Source: an uncultured Pirellulaceae bacterium (GTDB lineage Bacteria; Planctomycetota; Planctomycetia; Pirellulales; Pirellulaceae). Taken from it: a stretch of DNA of 32,298 nucleotides. Location: the NCBI GenBank assembly GCA_964607555.1, contig CAZSOG010000001.1, positions 1 through 32,298 of the forward strand, read 5' to 3'. The translations under genes were made by a program, and so were the position numbers. Shown one piece after another: positions 1-8,389 of this stretch (within the stretch, counting starts at the first letter, position 1; each line of letters opens with the position of its first letter). The notes under the pieces were generated by a model, which ran no database searches, had not been told where the DNA came from, and saw nothing but the letters and a program-made list of their open reading frames with translations.

Positions 1-20
1 AATCAGCGTTCCACCGGGAT
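1..20 (-). repeat. Truncated inverted copy of a 27-nt dispersed repeat module (tail module ATCCCGGTGSAGCGCTGATTCTGCACT)
   Basis: The reverse complement of nt 1-20 is ATCCCGGTGGAACGCTGATT. This matches 32250-32269 at 19/20 and 32177-32196 at 18/20. The copy is cut by the window edge and is followed by a small hairpin, TCCGCC-ata-GGCGGA, at 24-38. Confidence 0.7.
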
Positions 21-220
21 AAATCCGCCATAGGCGGACGGGATGGGACAAGAGCCAGGCCGTGCGCCAGTTGGTTGGAGGCAACGCCTCGTTAGCTTCT
101 CAGCCAAGAAAAGTCCTGTGACAAATGGCGTGTGCCCTGGCTCTCCGATACAATCGTGACGTCGTCCGAGTTAGCCCCCCTGACATGCATTGGGACCGAA
201 TGTAAGCGAGGTAGTCACGA

Positions 221-1693
221 ATGGACGCTCCACAACTCACTCGCCGTAAACCACTCACCGCGCGGGTCGGCGTTTTTGGCGTTGGCTTTCACGTCTATTG
301 GCATCAGTTCCCTGGCCTCCGCGACGAACTGCTTGGCAAACTCGCGATCTTTGTCGACCAGCTAGGGACCTATGGTGTCGAGGTTATCGACTTTGGCATG
401 GTCGATGACGCGGAATCCGCCTATGCGACGTTGCCACGGCTCAAGGCGGCGGATCTCGATTTGGTATTTTGCGACATGCTGACGTACGCGACATCCGCGT
501 CATTTGCCGCGATCGCGCGCGGCTTGGACGTCCCGATCGTCCTGGTCGCTCGTCAACCATTGTCCGGACTGGACTACTCGCACGCTTCGACTTACATGCA
601 GCTATGCAACGACGACTTATGCTCCGTACCAGAGTTCACCGGCGTGGCCATTCGGATGGGGCGTCCGGCGCCGCCCGTGATTCTTGGCATGTTACATGAT
701 GACCCAGTTGCCGACGCCGAAACACGTGAGTGGTGCCAGATTGCCAAGGTACGCCATGATCTACAGCGCGCGCGCATCGGGCACTTCGGACACCCGATCG
801 AACATATGTTGGATATGCAGACCGACCAGACCGCGTTGACCGCAACTTTCGGTTGTCACGTCGTGCAGACGGAAGCGGATGATTTGTTGCGTCTTGAACG
901 GTCCGTGGTCGATGCCGAAATCAATGCGAAGAAGACACAAATCCTGGATCTGTTCGACACGCCACACCCGAAATCCGACCCGATCACGACCACGCTGACC
1001 GACGAGGATCTTCAGACCGCCGCGCGCGTCGCCGTCGCGTTGGATAAGTTCGTCGACGACAAGCGACTCGACGGTCTGGCTTACTACTACGCCGGTGAAG
1101 AATCCAGCCCTCTCCGGCGGCTCGTAACCAACCTGATCGTCGGCAACTCATTGCTTACCGCCGCTGGCTTTCCGATGTGTGGTGAATCCGACTTGAAAAC
1201 GTGCGTCGCCATGTTGATCATGGACCGCCTGGAGATTGGCGGGAGTTTTGCCGAGTTTCACCCGATTGACTTCCGCGAGGGCTTTGTGCTGGTGGGCCAC
1301 GATGGGCCGCACCATATCAACATTGCCGAAGGAAAGCCCGTGCTACGCAGTCTGCTGAAGTATCATGGTAAACCGGGTGCGGGCGCGAGCGTTGAATTCA
1401 AAATCAAGGAAGGACCCATCACCATGTTGAGCATCGGTGTCACGCGGGAGGGACGTTTCAAATTCGTGTTGGCCGAAGGGGAAAGCGTCCACGGCCCGAT
1501 TCCACCGACTGGAAACACCAACACGCGTGGGTTCTTTCAGCCCGACATACGCACTTTCTTGAAACGCTGGGTGGCCGAGGGACCAACCCATCATTTCGCG
1601 CTCGGTATTGGTCATCACGCTGAAACGGTGAAAAAAATCGCCGATTCGTTCGGTATCGAAGCGGTGATCGTGACGCCCTCCACCGGCAGCTGA
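221..1693 (+). CDS. L-arabinose isomerase-family sugar isomerase (AraA/FucI-like)
   Basis: 490-aa ORF with GAGG about 9 nt upstream of the ATG. The N-terminal 'RVGVFGVGFHVYW', the mid-protein 'RIGHFGHP' and the C-terminal 'GESDLKT...FAEFHPID...LVGHDGPHH' follow the Glu/Glu/His metal-site layout and overall order of AraA-type isomerases. Confidence 0.75.
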   Translation: MDAPQLTRRKPLTARVGVFGVGFHVYWHQFPGLRDELLGKLAIFVDQLGTYGVEVIDFGMVDDAESAYATLPRLKAADLDLVFCDMLTYATSASFAAIARGLDVPIVLVARQPLSGLDYSHASTYMQLCNDDLCSVPEFTGVAIRMGRPAPPVILGMLHDDPVADAETREWCQIAKVRHDLQRARIGHFGHPIEHMLDMQTDQTALTATFGCHVVQTEADDLLRLERSVVDAEINAKKTQILDLFDTPHPKSDPITTTLTDEDLQTAARVAVALDKFVDDKRLDGLAYYYAGEESSPLRRLVTNLIVGNSLLTAAGFPMCGESDLKTCVAMLIMDRLEIGGSFAEFHPIDFREGFVLVGHDGPHHINIAEGKPVLRSLLKYHGKPGAGASVEFKIKEGPITMLSIGVTREGRFKFVLAEGESVHGPIPPTGNTNTRGFFQPDIRTFLKRWVAEGPTHHFALGIGHHAETVKKIADSFGIEAVIVTPSTGS

Positions 1694-1724
1694 GGGCCGG
1701 AGCGCGAGAGGGAGAGGCGAGGAG

Positions 1725-1749
1725 TAAGAGTAAGATATAAGAGTAAGAT
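1725..1749. repeat. Perfect 12-nt direct repeat TAAGAGTAAGAT x2 (13-nt period) in a purine-rich tract
   Basis: TAAGAGTAAGAT occurs at 1725-1736 and again at 1738-1749, separated by a single A. It sits inside a purine-only run (gagagggagaggcgaggagtaagag...) in the convergent intergenic region between the isomerase stop and the small minus-strand ORF stop. Confidence 0.8.
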
Positions 1750-1841
1750 CGTTGGGCGAAAGGCGCGCGTCGCTAAATGGTCGGACCATTTCGAATTCTC
1801 GTCAATCGATCACGCTGCCGTCCGCGTCCCCGGAATCCAGA

Positions 1842-2054
1842 CTAGCGGCCCAGCGACTTGCGCCGCGACTTTGGCGTGACATTGGCCTGGTACCGCCACT
1901 CGAGCCATTCCAACTGGCGGTCCATCCAAAGCGAGAAACTTGCCGCTCGATCCGCGCTCAACAACGGGTGTCCGCTACGCAGCGTCTGGTCGTCCAAGTC
2001 ACGGACCCAGGCGTGTTGCACGGCGATGTCAGAGGCGAGAAATGGTGTTTTCAT
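1842..2054 (-). CDS. Small hypothetical protein (70 aa)
   Basis: ATG start preceded on the minus strand by GGAGGAG about 7-9 nt upstream (plus-strand ctcctcc at 2064-2070). It is the only ORF in the 1694-2706 spacer with a credible ribosome-binding site. I recognise no family. Confidence 0.4.
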   Translation of the reverse strand: MKTPFLASDIAVQHAWVRDLDDQTLRSGHPLLSADRAASFSLWMDRQLEWLEWRYQANVTPKSRRKSLGR

Positions 2055-2514
2055 GATGGCACTCCTCCGCGAGGTCGGCCGGTCGAAGACGCGGCCAGTT
2101 GGTTAGGCGGGAGGCAACAGGTGCATTTGCCGTGCCGGTCAGTCGGGAAATGCGGTCAACAGCGTCGTAAGTTATTGCTAGTAAATCAGTTGTGGAAGTT
2201 AACAAGTTCCCTCCTGTTTTCCGCCACGGGCCATTATGTCGTCGTATTGTTGCGTTCTCGACACAATCGTGTTGCGACTTCGAACAGTTATCTGTTGGGT
2301 GTATCGGCGCATGCGAGTGGCAATTGACGGTCGGCATGTCGGCGCCCGCACAGCTTACCCGGCTTACAGGCAGATGAAGTGAACTGGCGGCCCTCGGTTT
2401 CGCCGAAATCCGCAGCCCGTGGGGGTCCGGGCCGGTGGCTCTCATGGATCGCCTAGATAATTGCCATAAGTCGTGTCATGACAGTATTTTACGAAGTTTC
2501 CGTCGACTCACTTC

Positions 2515-2557
2515 GGGGCCGGTGCCCACACCGGCTTGGCGGCCGCCCCATTTTTTT
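2515..2557 (+). terminator. Intrinsic (rho-independent) terminator-like element with no upstream CDS
   Basis: GC-rich structure followed by A + T7 (2551-2557). GGGGC (2515-2519) can pair with GCCCC (2545-2549). Inside it, GCCGGTG (2518-2524) and CACCGGC (2529-2535) form a hairpin with loop ccca. A palindrome GGCGGCCGCC lies at 2538-2547. The T-run follows the stem only on the plus strand. Confidence 0.45.
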
Positions 2558-2706
2558 AGAAAAATCACCGAAAGTCCAAGAATCCCAGGGACTTGCCGAA
2601 TACGGAGTGTATAGCGGGCGCATCGGCCGCGCCGCACAGGGCGAAAAGGAATGACACGAATTCAAGCAAGTTCTAGTCTGTCGACAATTCTAGGAGGGCG
2701 AAGGAA

Positions 2707-3519
2707 ATGATCAAACGAACGCTTTTTGTGGGTGCTGGTGTGTTGCTGCTGGGCGGTCTGCTCGTCGGACGTGACACGGTGAGTTACGTCAAGACAGCGT
2801 GGACTCGCGTGCACATGAGCGCGAAGGACACGATTCCGGTCAGTTTCGAGCTGGATCGTGCACGGAACATGATCAAGAATCTGGCACCGGAAATCAAGCA
2901 CAACATGGAACGGATTGCTCAGGAAGAGGTGGAGGTTGCCAAGCTACAGCGCAAGTTGGATAAGCAAGAGAAGTTGTTGGCCAAATCACGCAGTGATATC
3001 ATGCGGCTCAAGACCGACTTGGAATCGGGTGACAGCCATTTCGTTTACGCCGGTCGCACGTATACCGAAGTGCAAGTCAAGAGCGATCTGGCCAATCGAT
3101 TCCAGTACTTCAAGACTTCCGAAGCGACTGCCACACAGTTGCGAAAAATTCTCGCCGCGCGGGAGAACTGCCTGAACGCGGCACGGGAGAAACTCGAGGG
3201 CATGCTCGCTTCGAAGCGTCAATTAGAAGTCGAGGTGGAGAACTTGGAAGCCCGACTCAAGATGGTCGAGGTGGCGCAAACGACGAGCGAGTTCAATTTT
3301 GATGATAGCCAATTGGCGCGGACGCGTGACTTGATCAACGACATCGCGACCCGCTTGGAAGTATCGGAAAAGCTCTTGAATCAAAACGTACAGCTCTACG
3401 ACCGTATTCCACTTGAGGAATCGGCGAGTGACAACGACCATATCTTGGATGCGATCACCGCGTATTTCAACGACAGCCCGGATGTTCAGTCCGTGGCGAA
3501 CAATGGTGGTGCTCAGTAG
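2707..3519 (+). CDS. Membrane-anchored coiled-coil protein, PspA/IM30 (ESCRT-III-fold)-like
   Basis: 270-aa ORF with GGAGG about 10 nt upstream. It has an N-terminal TM helix ('LFVGAGVLLLGGLLVG') followed by long heptad-rich helices. The segments 'ELDRARNMIKNLAPEIKHNMERIAQEEVEVAKLQRKLDKQEKLLAKSR' and 'LEGMLASKRQLEVEVENLEARLKMVEVAQ' line up by eye with the PspA/IM30 helix pattern. The fold assignment is unverified. Confidence 0.6.
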   Translation: MIKRTLFVGAGVLLLGGLLVGRDTVSYVKTAWTRVHMSAKDTIPVSFELDRARNMIKNLAPEIKHNMERIAQEEVEVAKLQRKLDKQEKLLAKSRSDIMRLKTDLESGDSHFVYAGRTYTEVQVKSDLANRFQYFKTSEATATQLRKILAARENCLNAAREKLEGMLASKRQLEVEVENLEARLKMVEVAQTTSEFNFDDSQLARTRDLINDIATRLEVSEKLLNQNVQLYDRIPLEESASDNDHILDAITAYFNDSPDVQSVANNGGAQ

Positions 3520-3539
3520 CAACAAGTGTGCGCGTGGAA

Positions 3540-3573
3540 GGCTCGGGCGTAATGTCGTCCGGGCCTCTTTCTT
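3540..3573 (+). terminator. Candidate intrinsic terminator after the PspA-like gene
   Basis: GGCTCGGGCG (3540-3549) pairs with CGTCCGGGCC (3556-3565) over 10 bp, including two G-U pairs, with loop taatgt. A T-rich tail TCTTTCTT follows at 3566-3573, starting 21 nt after the stop codon. Confidence 0.4.
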
Positions 3574-3700
3574 AGAGGCAGCAACGAGGCGGTTTCCTGA
3601 GGGCGATGGTCCGGTTCCTCGACGATGAGGAAGTCCATCGCACGTGTTGGCACCGTGATTTTGTTACAGCTTCTTGTACCATAACAGTCGGGCGGTAGTC

Positions 3701-5098
3701 ATGTTTCAAAGCTGGCGATTCCAATTACGCGAAGCGGAAGAAGCGCTGCAGCACGGCCAGTTGGACGAAGCTCGCCAATTGTTGTTAAGCGGCGAGTTAC
3801 AGCGCTATTTGCCGGGCAAGCGACTGAGCTCGCGCGTCGCGGGCGGGCTTGCCGATCGTGCGTGTCAGCGCGCTTTGCAGGGCGACATGAGCGCCGCGTG
3901 GCGCGATCTTGATGCCGCTCGGTCACTGATCGGGGTCACCGCGCCATTAATCGCGGCACGCCAGGAGATCATTGCTGTCGCGATGGCCGATGCGGAATCG
4001 CATTTGGGGGCGAGCGACCCAAGTCAGGCCATCGCGATCCTCGAGAAACTCGAGCGTCATGACGTGCGCGATGAACCGGTTCGAGTACTGAAACAAGTGG
4101 CGCGGCACCTCGTCTCCGCACGGCATCTCGCACGCCGCGGAAAGTTCGCTGAGGCCGAATCGCAAGTCCAGGCGGCGATGTCACTGAAACCGGATCTTGC
4201 CATCGCGGCCGACCTGCAGCGTGCTTATCAGCAGCAACTGGAGTCACATCGGCACGCGACCGAGGCGTTGCATGCGGCGATGGCTAGTAACAACTGGACC
4301 GTCGCTGTTGGCTTGGCGGATCGAATACTCGAGGGCGCGCCAGACTGCAACCTGGCACGCGGGGCGCGCCGCAAGGCGTGGTCCAAGGTGGGCGCGAAGT
4401 TTCGCGATTCACGCAGCATCGGCGACGCGCAATCACCCGCGACCGCGACAGGTTTGGCATATGCCGCCGGGCAGCGCGACGGCGCGGCGATTGCCGTGGC
4501 CAGCCCAGCGACTGGCCGGCGATTTCTGCTCTGGATCGATGGCGTGGGAGGGTACCTGGTCTGTCTGGGTGATTCGGTTGAGCTGGGGCAGGCGACACCG
4601 GACAACAACGTGGAAGTGCCTTTTCTTGCCGATTTGTCGCGCCGGCACGCACGGGTCAGTCGGCGTGGCGATGGATATGTAATCGAACCACGGCAGACGA
4701 CGCGGCTGAACGGCCGCGATATTGATACCGTGACCTTGTTGAGCGATCGTGATGAAATTGAACTGGCCCCGTCGGTTCGGCTACGGTTTCGGCAGCCGCA
4801 CGCGCTGAGCGCCTCGGCACGCCTCGATTTTGTCAGCCGTCACCGCACTCAGCCCAGCTCGGATGGTGTCTTGCTCATGGCGGAATCGTGCGTTTTGGGG
4901 CCCCATGGGCAAAATCACGTTCTCTGCCGCGACTGGAAAACCGACGTCGTGCTCTACCAGCGCGATGACGCCTTGTTTTGTCGGGCCATGGAGGCAATTG
5001 AGATTGACGGTCATTTGTATGATGGCCGCGGGCAGGTGAGTTTGAATTCCCGCGTGATTGGTGATGATTTCTCGATCAGCCTTGAGGAACTATCATGA
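3701..5098 (+). CDS. FHA domain-containing protein with N-terminal TPR-like helical region
   Basis: The ORF opens at TTG 3674, and the first ATG is at 3701. The FHA signature runs 'FLLWIDGVGGYLVCLGDSVELGQ...ADLSRRHARVSRRGDGYVIEPRQTTRLNGRDIDTVTLLSDRDEIELAPSVRLRF'. The N-terminal ~280 aa are Ala/Leu/Arg-rich helical repeats. The C-terminal ~90 aa look like a second, degenerate FHA-like beta module. Confidence 0.85.
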   Translation: MFQSWRFQLREAEEALQHGQLDEARQLLLSGELQRYLPGKRLSSRVAGGLADRACQRALQGDMSAAWRDLDAARSLIGVTAPLIAARQEIIAVAMADAESHLGASDPSQAIAILEKLERHDVRDEPVRVLKQVARHLVSARHLARRGKFAEAESQVQAAMSLKPDLAIAADLQRAYQQQLESHRHATEALHAAMASNNWTVAVGLADRILEGAPDCNLARGARRKAWSKVGAKFRDSRSIGDAQSPATATGLAYAAGQRDGAAIAVASPATGRRFLLWIDGVGGYLVCLGDSVELGQATPDNNVEVPFLADLSRRHARVSRRGDGYVIEPRQTTRLNGRDIDTVTLLSDRDEIELAPSVRLRFRQPHALSASARLDFVSRHRTQPSSDGVLLMAESCVLGPHGQNHVLCRDWKTDVVLYQRDDALFCRAMEAIEIDGHLYDGRGQVSLNSRVIGDDFSISLEELS

Positions 5099-7228
5099 GT
5101 GGCCCCCCCCTCTCATGGCATGGGAGAACCTGGACAAATGTATGAGCCAGCAGCTACCCTGGAACGTGGCGGGCGAGGCATGTCACACACCACCGCCGGG
5201 CAGTTTCGTAATTCGTCAGGAACCGGTCCGATGAAGTTTATCTACTCAACAGGCGCACGCCCTCTGGATGGTTACACCATTAAGAGGGGGGTCGGTGTCG
5301 GCGGGTTCGGCGAGGTCTACTTCGCGACCAGTGACGCCGGCAAAGAGGTGGCGCTCAAACGGATCCAGCGCAATCTGGACGTGGAGATCCGTGGCGTCAC
5401 GCATTGCCTGAATTTGAAACACCTCAACTTGATTTCGATCTTCGACATCAAGTACGACGACCAGGGTGAAGCTTGGATCATCATGGAGTTCGTCGCGGGC
5501 GAGAGCCTCAAGGACGTGATCGACCGGAACCCGAACGGAATGCCGCGCGATGAAGCAGATTTTTGGTTCTCCAGCATCTGCGCGGGGGTCGCCTATCTCC
5601 ACGACCACGGCATCGTGCACCGGGATCTCAAACCCGGCAATATCTTCATTGACGAAGGAATCGTGAAGATCGGTGACTACGGGCTCTCCAAATTCATCTC
5701 ATGCAGTCGGCGCAGCGGCCAGACCGAAAGTGTTGGCACCTTCCACTATATGGCCCCGGAGATTGGCAAAGGTGTCTATGGCAAGGAAATCGACATCTAT
5801 GCCCTCGGCATTATTCTGTTCGAGATGTTGACGGGTCGGGTTCCGTTTGATGGCGAAAGCAGTCAGGAGATCATTATGAAGCACCTGACCGCGGAACCTG
5901 ACTTGAGTGGCATTCCACCGCGTTATCAGCAGGTAATCCAGCGCGCTTTGTTCAAAGATCCGGCACAGCGTCATGCGAGTGTCGAGCAGATGGTAAGGCT
6001 CCTGAATCTGCCGGAAGCCAAATCGAGTTTTCGACCACCGGTCGTTGCGCAGCCACGATCAGCGGACCAAGCCGCAGCGCAACCGATGTTCATTGACGAC
6101 CAGGGAATCGCGAGCGATGAAATGGTCTTTGGACCGGTTGTCGAGGCCGCCGGCACAAGTACGGAAAAGCCGCCCGTCGTGGCGGAAGCGGTTGATTCCG
6201 GTTCCGCGCGGCGCGAACCCATTGCCGCCGCGGTCGGTGCGGGTTACGGACGCGTTGTGAACTGGTGGAACACGGCGGAGCTGAGCACGCCATTGAAGGT
6301 CGTGATCATGATTGGCGTGATCGCTGTGTTGTTGCTCAATTCCGGCTGGCTGTTGCCGGTGGGATCCGTGCTGTTTGTCACCTATCTGGTTTATTTGGGG
6401 ATCCGTGCGATCGTCGTCGGCTCGGATGGCTCGACGGCCCGGCCCGTCTCCACCGGGGCGCCGCGTGGGCGTGTCACGCCGGTTGCCACGCCGCGCCACG
6501 ACGCCCCCCATCGGCACCGTCACCGGCCACGTCGACCGCGCGTTCCCTGGCAACAAAAGGCTCGTGAAGTACTCCAGCAGAAACCGGTCAGCCAGCGTTT
6601 GACGGAACTTATCGGTTCGTGGTTGATGGCGACCGTTGTCGCGTCCGTGCTGTGTCTTCTGATTCTGATGCTTGGTGGTCATTCGCTCGACGCATCGGTC
6701 GAGACGTGGACCTTCTACGCATGGCTAACGATTTCCAGCGTGCTTGGATCGTGGCTTGTATTGGGTTTGAGCAAGCTCTGGGAGGGTCGCGAAGGCGATG
6801 CCGTATTGCGCCGCTTTGTGATGTTGGTCGCCGGGCTGATGATCGGTCTTGGTGCTTGCCTCATGGCGGATGTACTCATGGTTCGACTCGCCGGCCGCGA
6901 GATAGCCAACGTCATCGGCATGCCGAACGATTTCGTGCCGTCTGGTATGTACGCCGCCGATGGGACCCCGTTCCTGACGGCCTTTCTAGCATATTTCGCG
7001 GCATTATTCCTGGTCCTCAGATGGTGGCGGCAAGCCGACCCGTTACGTAAGACTCGATTCAGTTTGTGGGCGACGATTGTCTGTATGTTCTGGGCCGTCG
7101 TCATTCCCTGGCAGATTCCGTGGGGGTTGTTATTGGCGGCAACGATTTCCGTTGCCGTTCAGCTTTCGGCACCATGGATGCCCTCGGTCGAGCGTACCCG
7201 AATTCGCCGTGAAGCACTGGAGGTGTGA
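5099..7228 (+). CDS. Hanks-type Ser/Thr protein kinase fused to a polytopic membrane domain
   Basis: Kinase motifs are present: 'GVGGFGEVY', 'VALKRI', 'HRDLKPGNIF', 'DYGLS' and 'YMAPE'. The C-terminal half has a TM block ('VVIMIGVIAVLLLNSGWLLPVGSVLFVTYLVYLGIRAIVV'), a His/Arg/Pro tract ('PRHDAPHRHRHRPRRPR') and then about 6 more hydrophobic helices. The start is uncertain: GTG 5099 abuts the FHA stop, and ATGs at 5120, 5138, 5180 and 5231 are alternatives (5231 has AGGAA upstream). Confidence 0.9.
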   Translation: MAPPSHGMGEPGQMYEPAATLERGGRGMSHTTAGQFRNSSGTGPMKFIYSTGARPLDGYTIKRGVGVGGFGEVYFATSDAGKEVALKRIQRNLDVEIRGVTHCLNLKHLNLISIFDIKYDDQGEAWIIMEFVAGESLKDVIDRNPNGMPRDEADFWFSSICAGVAYLHDHGIVHRDLKPGNIFIDEGIVKIGDYGLSKFISCSRRSGQTESVGTFHYMAPEIGKGVYGKEIDIYALGIILFEMLTGRVPFDGESSQEIIMKHLTAEPDLSGIPPRYQQVIQRALFKDPAQRHASVEQMVRLLNLPEAKSSFRPPVVAQPRSADQAAAQPMFIDDQGIASDEMVFGPVVEAAGTSTEKPPVVAEAVDSGSARREPIAAAVGAGYGRVVNWWNTAELSTPLKVVIMIGVIAVLLLNSGWLLPVGSVLFVTYLVYLGIRAIVVGSDGSTARPVSTGAPRGRVTPVATPRHDAPHRHRHRPRRPRVPWQQKAREVLQQKPVSQRLTELIGSWLMATVVASVLCLLILMLGGHSLDASVETWTFYAWLTISSVLGSWLVLGLSKLWEGREGDAVLRRFVMLVAGLMIGLGACLMADVLMVRLAGREIANVIGMPNDFVPSGMYAADGTPFLTAFLAYFAALFLVLRWWRQADPLRKTRFSLWATIVCMFWAVVIPWQIPWGLLLAATISVAVQLSAPWMPSVERTRIRREALEV

Positions 7229-7230
7229 AG

Positions 7231-8334
7231 ATGATGACCGCATCTCTGATCCTGGTCATTCCGATACTCTGTCTCGTTGTTGCCGTTTGTGCGTTCCTGG
7301 GCGACCGGATAGCGCGTCATGGCTACCGCGTGATCGGCATGGGAATCAACCTGTGCGGATACGCGGCTTTGGTGGCCGGCGTTCTTCTGGTCATTTCATG
7401 GATGGGATTCGCGCGACACCACATCCGCGTGCACATCCCACATGTTACGGTCCTTCGTCATGCTTCTCAGCAAGACTCGGACACTGTCAGGGGCCGAGCC
7501 AACGACGACCCCGTCAATGCCAATTCGGACAAACCCGCTAAATCGGCGGACCGCCCCGTAGGCAGCGGCAGCTCGATTCAACCAACCGGGACGGGCGAAG
7601 AGAAAGAATCGAGCAAGCAGAGCGTGCCGGAAGAAGCGGCGACCGGGAAACCCGTTGCTGCCGACAGTGATCGGGCGGAAACCAAGAAGAAGGACACGCC
7701 TGCCGCCACCGGCAAGAGTGGGCCGGAACCGACGAGCGCACGAGATCTTGAGCTGATGCCGCACGCCTTCATTGATTTTGATGCGCGCCCGGCGTGGGTC
7801 GAGAGCAAAGAAGAGGATCTCGGCCCCGTCCATCGGATCGCGGTTTGCTCGGGACCGTTCATGCGCGTCCGGGAGGCTCGTGATGAGCTATCCAAACAAC
7901 TGAAGATCGAGACCGATCGATACATCAACAAGTTGGTCGACAATCCACGGGCGGCGGCCTGGCTTGACTATGACGAGACGGAGATTCGGACGCGTTTCGT
8001 CGCGCCCGAGTGTTTTTACGACGAAAAAGTGGTTTCGCCGTCATTTGGAGTAATGCAGCAATCCCATGCGTTGCTGCAATTCGGACCTGATTTTCGCCAG
8101 GAGGTGCAGGCCCGCTGGGACGGGCTGGTTGCGCGCGGCCGCTTGACCGAAGTTGGTGGCGTGGCGGCGGTTATTTTGGGAATCCTGGCCATTCTCTTTG
8201 GGTATTTCCAGTTGGACACGGCCACGCGCGGTTTTTACACGGGCCGCTTGCGATTTGCCGCGGCAGTAGCAATACTGGGACTTATCGGCGCGAGTGTTTT
8301 CCTAGCCCGTTCGATCCCATGGTTTTGGCTCTGA
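7231..8334 (+). CDS. Membrane protein of unknown function (2 N-terminal + 2 C-terminal TM helices)
   Basis: ATG 7231 lies 7 nt after GGAGG (7219-7223) and 3 nt after the kinase stop. The in-frame GTG 7225 overlaps the kinase stop. The protein has N-terminal TM helices, an acidic/lysine-rich disordered linker, a ~170-aa globular region and two C-terminal TM helices. I recognise no family. Confidence 0.75.
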   Translation: MMTASLILVIPILCLVVAVCAFLGDRIARHGYRVIGMGINLCGYAALVAGVLLVISWMGFARHHIRVHIPHVTVLRHASQQDSDTVRGRANDDPVNANSDKPAKSADRPVGSGSSIQPTGTGEEKESSKQSVPEEAATGKPVAADSDRAETKKKDTPAATGKSGPEPTSARDLELMPHAFIDFDARPAWVESKEEDLGPVHRIAVCSGPFMRVREARDELSKQLKIETDRYINKLVDNPRAAAWLDYDETEIRTRFVAPECFYDEKVVSPSFGVMQQSHALLQFGPDFRQEVQARWDGLVARGRLTEVGGVAAVILGILAILFGYFQLDTATRGFYTGRLRFAAAVAILGLIGASVFLARSIPWFWL

Positions 8335-8389
8335 CCCACCGAGGCACGATCGATGTCACACCGGCGCGGTCCTTGGATCAACCCAATCT

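Noticed and set aside
2192-2377. Cys-rich 61-aa plus-strand ORF, considered as a possible RiPP precursor.
   Set aside because: It has a GTG start with no Shine-Dalgarno sequence. No maturation, transport or immunity genes lie nearby. The cysteine content is compatible with chance in this composition.
1752-2445. ORFs 1752..2327 (+, 191 aa) and 2029..2445 (-, 138 aa) in the gene-poor spacer.
   Set aside because: Neither has a ribosome-binding site. Both have Arg/Ser/Cys-rich, non-protein-like composition and alternative start codons. They also overlap the better-supported 70-aa ORF.
2568-2595. The 'CGAAAGTCC' motif and adjacent hairpin are reminiscent of the RNase P RNA P4 region.
   Set aside because: The surrounding sequence lacks the other conserved RNase P elements and the expected length and structure. 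It is only a 6-bp hairpin (AAGTCC/GGACTT).
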